Shown: positions 33,005-44,500 of the stretch, piece after piece | How the letters are laid out: each line of letters begins with the position of its first letter | How positions within the stretch are numbered: position 1 is the first letter of the stretch | Assembly: GCA_905178155.1 (NCBI GenBank) | Contig: CAJINV010000001.1 | Location: 4,302,233 to 4,366,232 of the forward strand | DNA from: Amoebophrya sp. A120 | Lineage: Eukaryota; Protista; Dinoflagellata | Reading direction: 5' to 3' | Length of the DNA stretch: 64,000 nucleotides | Made by a program: the position numbers and the translations under genes | Notes under the pieces: generated by a model | Seen by the model: the letters and a program-made list of their open reading frames with translations, nothing else | The model's database searches: none | Told to the model about the DNA's origin: nothing

Positions 33005-34147
33005 GCTCGTGTTCGTCCAAAACACCAGAAAACGTACATAGATGTTTTAACTTTAACTATTTGTCTGTACCGGAAAATATTTTGAAAATCTTCGTCAACC
33101 ACAGAAATTGTTGTTTATCCTTACCATCGTCAGCGCAATCGCGAATAAAAGAGACGACACATGGCCTACTTGGCTCCATTCCACGCGTACGCGTTGTGGA
33201 GGTGCTCATAGATATGAGAAGCAAAGCGACAAATCAGAATCTTGCTATACGGAGGTAATAACTCAACGCCGATATTTGAAAAAAAAATTATAAGGTCAAA
33301 CGAAATTCGACTTCTTATCGGGTGTAAGTGTAACTACCACTACCACATACACATAAAATCATTCCTATATCACTTCATCTTCTACCTACAATGCGCGAGA
33401 ATGAGGAGAGCCTGGAAATAGGTGGAAAAAGAAAAGGATTGAGGGCTGTGTTGACTTCGGATTTCTTGTTCGGACTGCATTTGAGATATCGATCTCAGCT
33501 GTAGAACTGAAACTGTACCTGTAACTCGTAGTAGCACGCATGAGAACGTGCTTGTCCTTTTCTGGTAGTATCTATAACGATCAGTGTGCTTCTATTTGAT
33601 TTCGGGATCATCAAACCATTTCTTTGTAATCTTGTTCATCCTTTAGTTTTCACCGATTCGGTGTAAGTTTCTCGACCGAAGCCAGTTGCCAACCTTCCTG
33701 TCTCTGGGATCCATTTTCAACCGATGATCGTTTTCTAGTGCTGCGCTGTTTTTTTTTAAATTTTCTCTCACTTTTGTTCGTTGCTGTCTCGGCGGTACTA
33801 GCCAGAATTTTTTCTTCTAAACATTTACACGTTAGTACCGATCGCGAGGAGGCGCTTCTTTTATGAGTGACTACCGAACGGAGGAGGTGTCAAATTCTGA
33901 GCCAGACACTTCTACTTGTTTTGACTACTTGGCTCCATTTGTTCCAGTGTAGTTTCATTTTCCCTGAACTGCCGCGATCCTAAAGATCTACTTGTACTTC
34001 CAGCATCATACAGAAAACGTCATATCGTCTTCCGGGAGCATTTATGGATCTATGTCAGGGCCGATCTCATATCTATGATTTTTCTTCATTTTTTTTGAGA
34101 TATGTCTATGTGGCGTGGCCGTTGAGACGGACCATTTTTCTTTTTTA

Positions 34148-37100
34148 CTACATGAGAACCCGGTCGAGCACATCCTCCACGGACGCAAAAGCTCCCTTCG
34201 ACCTTTGGCGCACCAAGTCCAGTAACAGCACCAGATCCCCCATCTCTAGGCAGGCCGGAATCACCTTGCTCACGTTGCTGGGCGCCCCGCCCGCATAGTC
34301 CGCTCCCTGTTTGAATTTGACCAGCATCAAATCGATGTCGCCGCCGGAAAGGGGAAGCGGCTTGAGAAGCTTCCGAACGGAAAAACTGGAAAACCCGTTC
34401 CGGTTTGCAGACGCGATATCAGTGACGAAAGCCGCAGGGTTGGCCTTGATGTCGTCCATTTTTCGTGAGAGTGGAACAACTACCGGAAGATTTGTAGCTG
34501 CTGTAGTTGATCCAGATGTAGTTGCCGAAGAAGATAGGCGTCTCGCCGACAGCGTGCGGACGCTGAGGAGCTTTGTGGAGTAGGCCTGTTCCAGCTTCAA
34601 CAGAGTGTGGAGGAGCTGTTCGTCAAGCTCGACTTCAATGTAGTTCTTGTCCAAAAAGGAAGAAAATTCCGACTCGCTGTCTTCAAGTTCAACCTTGTCG
34701 CTGGTCTCTTCATCTTCGTCCACTCCGTCTTCTGCGTCCTCCGTGCTCTCAGAACAATCGGAAGTTGCAGCCGCGCCCTCATCTGTATCGTCCTGCTCGG
34801 TTTGTTGATTCTGGTAGTCTTCGTCATCCGCATGATAATTCGTATTGTCGGAGCGCGGTCGGCCAGAAGGATCATCAACATGCGTGTCAAGTGCTTTTGT
34901 AGTCGGTGACCACCCAGACACAGAATCGACGACAGTACCCGGAACAGTTTCTCCTCGCTGCTCTGCACTGCAAGCCCCTTTGACCGACGTTTTTTCCTTT
35001 TTGTTTTTTCTTTTTGCTGCTGGCGTAGTTTTTCCACGTCCTCCGCTGCTATTTGTCTCGATCACGAAGCCGACTGCTTTTTTCTTTAAATTCATCGTCT
35101 TCGGGCCGCGATTCTTCTTTCTGTTGCCCTTGCCACCCCCCTTCTTTTGCGGGGCGGGGTAGCCCGCAAGTTGGTGCACGATGTGCAATGCTCCGCGGAT
35201 CAGCTTGCTTTTCACCTTTTAGTCCACAGGCCCCTCGTGATGCGTGTGTGGGAGATGGTGCTCCATGCACCGACACGGCTTCACCTTCACAACGCTCTGC
35301 TCTACAACTGCACCGGCCGCTGCACCAGCGTTGGTGATTTCTGTCGCTATCGGAATGACCTCGTCGATTGACAAGCTCGGACTGTTGTTCACTTCCAGCA
35401 GGTGCATTTTCATTTTCTGATCAAGGAGCACGTCGAATCCAAGTATTTGAAGACAGCGACAAGAAGAAGACGAGTTCTTACTGTCTTCCCGTCCTACTGC
35501 CCCTGGTCCTCGTCCCGCAGCCTCTTGCACCATTTCAAACGGCCTCGCGGACGCCAACAGCACTGGCGTCATCACTGTGACCCATTGGGAAACCACTTCG
35601 GAAAGTTGTTCCCAAAACTCCTCTTCGTCGAACGTATCGGGATACTCCTCGGCCAGCTGCTCGAGTGTTATCTCCAAGGACCGCTTCGTTGCCTCTCGTT
35701 CGGAAGATGTCTTGACCTCCTGGGGTTCCTCGGCAGCTGCAGACCCTGCTTCGTCAGTTGTATGACCGACAGCTCTGCTGGCATCCGGTGGACAAGTACT
35801 ACCCGCATTATGAACTACCTCGTCGACGACAGTTTGCTTGTGCTCCGCAGGGGAATGGGAAATTCGACTTCTCGGTGACATAGAGGCTCTATCGTCCTTC
35901 GCAGGTGCAGCTGCAGCGGCACGCGAAACCGGTACTACTACTAAAGCACTCTCCGTGGTCGTGACAAGCACATCTCCCTCTCGCACGTAGCCGGCTTGCC
36001 GCTTTTGAATCGAGTAATTCGTCAGGTGCTTCTGGCTGTTCGTCATGTTTTTTGCGTTCGGTTTCTCGTACTTTTCCGTGCAAAACCGGCCCAGGCCGTC
36101 CTTGCACAGGAAGACTCTCGGTTTTACTTCTTCCCCAAACAGACCCCCGATATGGAAGTGTCAGGATCGAAATCGACAAAATTGAAATATTTTGTCATGC
36201 ATAAAATGGATTCCAGTTCGAACCCACTTTCTAAGTGGCGCATGACAAATTTTGGTGGTGCCTTAATGCTGTTTAGGCAAAGAAGACTGATTCTCTCATG
36301 CTGCTTTAGCAGCTCGTGCTATAAGTAACCCCAAACAGGCTTACAGTCGGCCTCACTTGCCTGCTCTGCAACACACGTATTTCGAGTCATGCATTTTATG
36401 CATCACAAGTTAGCAGATTTTGTCGATTTCGATCCTGACACTCCCATACCCGACCACGATCGCGTACACCCGGAGATCAAATTTGAAACCGTTGAGAAGC
36501 AAAGGACTTTTCACATACGACTGCACCACCGCAGCCTTGCAGTTTGACGCCTTCAGTTCCAAGTCGCGAAATTTATCGATCAGGAAGATGCCATCGCCCT
36601 GCGAGCCGTCTTCCGGCTTGACGATCAAAGTCTTTTTCTTATTTAAAACCCGCTGGATCTGCTCTCCATCTTCCGGCCAAACGTATGATTTGGGAATGAA
36701 CTTCTGCAACGCGAAAGGTGCTGTAGTAGCGCTGGACAGAACGAATGTGCTGTCTCTATTTCCAGCGAGAGCTCCTTCTGCGCTAGTACCATTTTCCTGA
36801 TCCTGTTCGTCGTCATCTTCGTCCTCATAGTACTCTGCACCTGAGTTCTTCGAGGAGGTCGTGGCCGCTGCAGCTTTCCCTTCTATCTTGTCCTCCGGCC
36901 CCTTTAGCAATTGCTCCACCCGGCGCAGCCACCGGGTTTGGTTGCACTTTTCGCACAGGTCGCCCATTCCCGGGTACCGCGAAAGCCAACAATTTGACTT
37001 TTGAAACACCTGCGGTAGCTGCTCGAGCCATTCGTAGCTCTGCATCACCAGGCAGATAGAGTTGTTGCGCACTTTTTCGGTGACCAGGAGCCCAATTTCG

Positions 37101-37387
37101 TTCGCGACGCGGCGAATCAAGTCTTGCCAGTGGCCCCGCCCGGAAAACGGCAGACATACCGTCCAGCATTTCAACGTACCATCATCGGGCTCGACCGCGC
37201 TGAGGACGGGCCGTGGACCACCAGTGGCGCCCGGCGAGGACGTAGTTGGTGTAGCAGTAACTGCGGTTCCTGTTATCGTTCCCGCTGAAGTCGTGTCTAC
37301 AGCGACAGCTTCGGATAGGTTCGGTATTGAACCGTCAGCACCAAGAGTGCTCGCCCGACTCCTGGAAGACGCCGAAGTCGAGGCCAT
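34148..37387 (-). CDS. Tubulin polyglutamylase, TTLL6/TTLL11-like; contains an in-frame TAA at 35219-35221
   Basis: KPEDGSQGDGIFLI, VVQSYVKSPLLLNGFKFDLRVY, GLGRFCTEKY, HLTNYSIQK, QILGFDVLLD, LLEVNNSPSL. One introner at 36151-36448. Confidence 0.85.
36151..36448. mobile_element. TIR element / introner in TTLL (298 bp)
   Basis: 32-bp TIR TATGG(A/G)AGTGTCAGGATCGAAATCGACAAAAT; TSD CCCGA at 36146-36150 and 36449-36453; removal gives YAIVVG|GLFGEEVKPRVFLCKDGLGRF. Confidence 0.95.
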
Positions 37388-38541
37388 ATTTCTTGTTTGA
37401 TGTCTAAGAAAGTGTAAGTCTTGCGTGTCTATTCTGCCCTTCTAATCCATCGTTACGCATTGTGCTGACGAAATGCCACGGGTTATATGCACCATGACAC
37501 AGACCTATCATCATGCCTCTGCTCCCGATTCATACAAACACGCAAGCAGTCGTGGCGGAATTTGTAGTAGGCTCATTTTCGGGCTGTACTTCTTGCAAGC
37601 CTGGCACTTGTAGCACAATCACGATGGTACGACTGGCGATGGTGGTTCGTGCGAGTGAGTTGCATCGCTAGCGATCATCTTCATTATACAAGCACCGATC
37701 TAGTTCTGGTAGTCCTCACACCGACGGGCGTGTGGATTTGGTCATCACAGATATACAGATGACTTTCGTTTGGATTTGGTCAAACTTTAAAAAACTCGAA
37801 GCAAAAGGCGCACATCGCTGAAGCTGCGCCGTTAGAGGCCCTTTTTGCCTCGCAGGCGTTGACTGATGTATCCATCACTTACTTGATGTGGCCCTGTTGA
37901 CCCGGCTTTCCCCTGTCTTCCCTGTGACAACCCCCCACCTAATCCGAAGAAGAAAGGACATGCCCTGCGAATGATGTAGTTGTTGTTCTGGTTTGTGTTT
38001 ATTGATGAACATCACAGATTTTCATCCCATTGGTCCAGGCCGAGGACCTTCTTACGACGGGAACTGCGGCCTCCTGCTGCTCGTTCCGCAGTTTTTGACT
38101 TCATAGAGAGCCAAAGCGAGCCGAAGAGCTCCTGGTGCAAGAACTCGAAATAAAAGGACGGCACTTCTCAATCTCATCCACCTCCTGTTCAGGAAGATGC
38201 ATTTTTTTAGTGTCTTCCCCCTCGGCCACCAGTTTCCTCACTTTGCGAGTGAGTAACCAGCCGCAAAGCTCGCGTAAGTAAGATTGTAAGAAAGAAAAAA
38301 AGATCAAGATCTTGAGAAGTATCTCGAAGCACAACTACCCGATTCGAATCTATCTCCATCGGCATACGCTGCACTTCGACCACTTCTGGTTCTGCACTGT
38401 AAGAAAATTCGAAAATTCGGCTTGCTCGCTAAAAATTGACTCCGTTAAGGTTAACTACTTTATTGCTACTATTTCTTCACTAATTTTTCTACTACAACTA
38501 CTTGTGTCCACCAACTGACTCGACTACCTGGTCGTCCGCGT

Positions 38542-41500
38542 CTACTTGTAGAGCAGCAACTGGTTGTCGTTTACGCTCTCCAGCGTTGGCCTGCGCTCGC
38601 CGCCACTGATGGGCCTCTTTCCACCCTTTTTCCGCGTTGCCGCCTGCTGTGCGGGCCCGACCGCGCCCACTGCGACGCCTAAGGGTGGAAGCCCCCCGGC
38701 GTCGAGCTGCCCGCCACCGATGACGGCATGGCTCACCCCGCCGGTTTTGCCCGGACGCGTCGAGGGCTGCTGCGCGCCGCTCGACTTGCGGCTGTTCGGC
38801 TGGGTGGGTTGGTGGGCGGAAACAGGGTTCAAGACCCCGACGTTAGTATCCTCAGTAAAAACGTACCCACACCAGAGTCAAGATGGCAAATCTGCTAGAC
38901 AAATCAGCCAGCTTTGGTCGTTTGGCATGACAAGTTCCTCTTCGTAGTGTAATCCTGTTTAGGTAGTTCAGCAGCTTCACAGATCTAGTATATCATTCTT
39001 ATCAAACAAAAAAAGTTCGTCACGATCACTTATGCGCATTTTTGCAATACAAAATTTTCTGTCATGCGTAAAAATGCATAACAGCCAAACTTCATAAGGG
39101 ATTTCCCTAGTGTTTCTGCAATACAAGGAAAATTTGTGGTGCGAATAAAAATTTGTAATGCAAAACCTGCAAGTTAGTGACTGTGACAAACTTTTTTCTT
39201 TCCATAATTCTGATTGTAGCATCACAAATTCCAAAACACGACTAGACAATGCCTCTCATGGCGCTCCGCATGACAAACCTTTTTGGCATGCAGATTTGCA
39301 TGACAACTCTGGTGTGGGTACGTTTTTACTCAGGATAGTTAGGCCCGGACACCCCGAACACCTTGTTGTAGTTCTGCTCGCGGTTGACTAACTCTAACCG
39401 GTATCAAATGCAAATATGTTTGAGTCTGGGAGATTGCGAGCTTTGTCATGCTAGTGCGGCATGACGCTGAGGTCTGTATTGCGTGGCCGCGAAGAGCTCC
39501 TCTTGCCTGTCATGCAAAAACGTAGTTTCTCATGCAGAGTACGCAACTCAGAACCACGGAAAAACTTGTCATGCTGACCAGCGCATTTTTACAGTGCACT
39601 CAGCTCACTATTTTTCCCTTTCTTGCATCACAAGTTTCCAGACCCAGACACATTTGCAATGCATAACCGGTAGTACTGCATCTCGTCGCGCAGCTGGTTG
39701 AACGCGGTTTCGCGGTCCCGGCACTCCTGGTGCAGTAGACGGATTTGCTCGACGTCTTCGGGCCGGGACGGTCGGTTCTCGAACATTTGCTGCAGCTCCA
39801 AGATCCTGGCCCGCAGTTGCTCCCCTTCGGCCTCAATGTCGGCGCGGATCTGTTGTGCAGCAAAAGCAATGGTTTCGTTTAGACTCTTACTGATTTATTT
39901 GATGCCTACTGATGAAACACTCTCGGTATCGTACTACATCGTTTGCTTATCGTTCACTACAACAAGCTCGAAGTAATTCGGATACTCTCGTACTAAGTAT
40001 CTCGGTAGCCTCGTGATTTGAAAGAAAAGAGAAAGCAAAGAAAGGAAAAGAAGAAAAGAAAGAAGAAGAAGAACCTCGATGGTGAGACTGGCTTTCTTTT
40101 GCAATCAGGTGCTGTTTACGAAGAATAAAAACCTTCCCCCGGTAGGTATCTGGACACGATACCTCTAGGCTTCGAGAGTCTGTTTGTTCGTATATCAGTC
40201 GCATTTTACGAGATCTTAGCATGGTAGCGGAGTTTTAGGCTAATCACCTAGGATCCTCCACAGAGCCCCCCGGCTGTAGAAAAAATTTACTTGTCTCAAG
40301 CTTTTTAGGGCCTACCGTTTTCGCACTGTTTAAACAAAACCAACACCATGGAACGCAGCAGCGGGAGCAGTAGCAGCAGCGGACACAGCAGTGGACGCAT
40401 TCCGGTGCCGGTGTGGACCCCGACAATGGGCCCACGGGAGTGGAAGGAAAAACTCCAATTGTGGTTGCTGGCATCGGAGTTATCGGAACATTTGATCTGC
40501 CCCACCATCATGCTGCAAGGCATCGAGCCCAACCATTACCATCCCCTTTTGGTTCGCCAACTTTTACAAATGGACCCGCGCACCTGGACCATGTCCATGA
40601 CCCCGGACTACGAAGGCAAGGAAGGAGAAGACGCCGACTGGATTTCGGGCATTCGCACCATGACCCCGGTGCAACGCTTAGAACGTGCGGTGACGTTTTT
40701 GGAACCGGTCGACGGGTTGGCCGAAGAAAAGCGCTACCGCCGGGTAAGCACTTTCGAACGGAAGGGGAACGAAGACTACCAAACCGCAACCACCCGCTTC
40801 AAGGCTTACGTGGTTGACCAGAAAAACGACCAGCGTCCGATGGATGAACGCGCGATCGTATCCGCCTACTTTTCGGGGATGCGTTTCGACCTGAACGATT
40901 CCAAGACGCTGCGCAACCACTTCGACTTGGCGAAATCGGGACAGGGAGAACACACGTTCCGCCACCTTTGCCAGCTGGTCGAAACTCTTTTGGTTCCGAC
41001 CTCTTTGGACCGCGCGGGAAACCGGTACGACCGACAGGGGGACGCGATTATGGCTATCGCGGGTTTGGCACAGATCCCGCGCTGGAAGGGAAACGGCAAG
41101 GGCAAGCACGGACGGAACGGTGGCAACGGCAAGGGAAACGGAAACACGAATTTTCAGTACAAACCCCAACAACGCAATGGTGGGAAACCGACCAAGGCCG
41201 GCGGGAAAGGAACGGGCCAGGGACAGAACGGCGGAAAGCCGCAGCGCAACGGCGGAAACGGCAAGGGCAACGGAGGTACGAAAGGCGGCCCCGGTGTTGG
41301 AAAAGGGAACGGAAACGCGGCGAAGTGCTGGATTTGTGGTTCCAACCAACACCTGCGGAAATCGTGCCCCCACCGTGGAAACGGCAGCGCGATGCTGGCC
41401 CAGGATGCTGACGCCGACGAGACGGAACATGCGGCCTGACTATCCCCACCGAAAACCGATGGAAAGTATGAAAATTTGAAGATGGACGATTTGCATCTAC

Positions 41501-44500
41501 GACGCACCCCGGTGGCGAATGAAAAAATCTCAATTATTCCGTGTCCCGAATCCCGATGTCTATGCAAGAACGAAAAAGCATCTATCGACCTGAATTCCAA
41601 TGGTAGGACGAAAATCAATCAATCCCTGCAAGCTTTGAAAAATTTGAAGACCGGTGCTGTTGCGACCGAAAAAAAAAAGCAATCCGAGAATCCGCATGGT
41701 GTTACGATGAAAAATTTGATGATGAGCCCCACCATTTTGGGAAAAATTTTGGAAAACGGAACCCCCCCGCCGAACCCCCAGACAAAGTCTACAGCCGCGG
41801 GCGGACGATTCGGACTGGTGTTATTTGTCCGAGCTAACCGAGGAACAAACGAAATCCTACGAAAAGTTTGCCGGGATTTTCGTTGTCGACCCGGGTTGCA
41901 GCCGCAGCCTTGTGGGCGAAGCTACCTTACAGGCCTTCCGGTCTGTGTTCCCGCATTTTGTGGGAGAAGAATTTCAACTACCAAAAAAGTTGAGTTACAA
42001 GTTTGCCGACGGCTTCACGAAAAAAGTGGAAAAAGGAGTCAGCATACAGATAGGCAGCGCCTGGCGGACGTTTGCCGTGCTGACTCCACCCGACACGCCT
42101 TTCCTTTTAGGGTGTGACATTTTGGGCGGAAGTGTAATCGATTTGGAAGGGTTTGAAATTCGAAAAGGAGAGGAAGTAATACCGCTGCAAAAACGAAACG
42201 GACTCTACGTGGTTGATTTTCTGAAAAATTTTGAAAAAATTTTCGGAAGTGAAACGGGCTACCACTACGCAAATGCCGGAACTGCTGAAGAGCTGGCGTT
42301 TTTCACGTATTCCGAGGTAAAGAAATTGCACGAGCGCAATTGGCATCTGCCGGCCAAGCCGCTGACTTTTCGATATTCCGAAGTTTTTGAAAATGAAGCG
42401 GAACGGAAAAAGTTCGAGCAGATCGCCGCGCTGGTTGTTGAAAACTGCCCGACCTGCGCCCAGCTTTTGCGCATGCAGCCAAAACCGAAATTGGGAGGAA
42501 AGAAAATTTCTGCGACGGCGCCCAATGAGTTGGTCTGCATTGACACTGTGTGCTTCGTTTGGAAAAATAAAAAGTGCGCAGTCCTGCACTTTGTGGACGC
42601 GCATAGTGGGTGGTCGTTTGCAACCATCTGCGAAACGGAATCCAGTGGGTCCGAAGTTGTTCGAGGATTGCGATTGTGGAGAAAAATCAATGGGTCGCTG
42701 CCAACCGCGATTCTCACCGACAACGGTACGGAGTTCATCAATGCAAAAGTTTTTGGCTACCTGAGTACCGTGGCAGGAGGTGTAATCCATTATCGCAGCC
42801 CTGTGCGCGAGCATGAGTTCATCTCTGAATCGCATACGCGCGCTTTGGGGATGTTGGTGGACAGGTTGTGTGGAAGTCCGGCAAGCCACTACACGAGCCT
42901 GGACTTTGTTGACATTCTGCAGGAAGCATTGGTGTGCAAAAACAGTTATGTCCGATCTTCCGGCCACAGTTCTCAATTTGTTCAATTGGGAAACGATCAC
43001 AGTCAGGACGTTTTGCGCGACCTTGCTCCTGGGCCTTCAATCGCGAAAATTTCAAAAACGGACCAGGAATTTGCTTCCCAGCGCGCGCAGCTTCGGAATG
43101 AGGCAGCAAAACTGGTGAACTTCGAGGCACAAACAAAAGGAATTTCCGAAATTTTGAACAACCAGAGCCAACACGCAAGTGCGGAATTTTACTACAATGG
43201 CGACCGAGTTTTTGTGAATGTGGACACGAAACCAGAAGACAAAACCACCGGGCGCACTCGGTGGGCTGGTGCTACTGTCGTGGGAACAAAAGGCACGAAG
43301 ACAGTAGTGGTCCAGTTCGATGATGGAACCATGAAGCAGGCGCACGCGCGAGAGTGCCGCCGCCTTCCGCCATCTGAAATTGAGGTCGTTGAAGTTTTGC
43401 CCGAAGAGTATCAAGATTTGGCCACAAATTTGGAGTCGCAGTTGTTACAAATGCAGCCAGAAGAAGAGCAAGAAAATGCAGAAACCGATGCTACGGACGT
43501 AGACAAAATTGTAGTCGATGTGATGAAGGCCAACGCGAAAAACCTGCACAGCGCCGCAGCCGCGCGCGACGACACAACCAGGCGCATGGCAGTGCAAAAG
43601 TCGCTTTTTGGGTCGGTAAAAGTGATCCAAGCTAGCTGCAGAATTGGCGCTACACGATTCGACGAACCAGTTTTGATCGCGGGCAACGCACAGGCAAACC
43701 GCGAAAAACTGAAGACCGTCCGCACGGTCCACGCGACCTTCACACCAAAGGGCAAACTGCTGGAAGTGAAATACCTAAAAGGGCCAAAAGTTATCCAGCG
43801 AGCTCAAGAACCCCGCGGCGTTTTCGATATCTGTTGTTCACGAAAATCAAGTCACTGCCGCGCGTGACCTCTCCAACTGGAGAGGGGTAAACCAGAAAAC
43901 GAAAAGCAGGGATCTGGATCCGAAGTTCTACCGCGAGGTCCCGCCCGACAAACGGAACTTGGAAAGTTTAGGAGGTTTGGCAATGGTGGAACTGCAATGG
44001 CTGGCGCACTATCTCAGTATCCCCCTGGCAGCACAAAAAGACGAATTGCTGAAGCGCATTAAGTCGCATTACGAACACACCGAGGAGCTGGCATTCTTTT
44101 CGCTTGGAGCACCAGAAGCGGAATTCGCCTACCTGTCATCTCAACAAAAGCAATCCCTGAGCCTGTTTCAAGATTTCTTTGCTGGGTTTGTTGATGACAG
44201 TACCACGCGCGCCGAGTTTTTGCCAGGCTCGCGGCCGTTCGAGCTGATCAATTCGACTTTGAATTTGCCGAGCCTTGCGGGTGTTGTGATTCGAAAAAAC
44301 TGCCAGCGCGTCCCAACAAAAACCGGTCTGGAAAAACGGCCGGAGATTCCGAATCAGCACTCAGCTACGTTCATTCTCATTCCAAACGCGCCCGCCCGCT
44401 CTGCTTCTGTCGGTGAAGCAGTTTCCAAGCGCGATCTGGTAGTGAGTTTGGTTTTTGAAGATCCCGCGTTCAAGTCTGTTCCGACCGAGCCGACGGAAGT

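Noticed and set aside
38101-38334. Short minus-strand ORF between the FAM184-like and TTLL genes
   Set aside because: No recognisable motif or supported splice partner; may be UTR.
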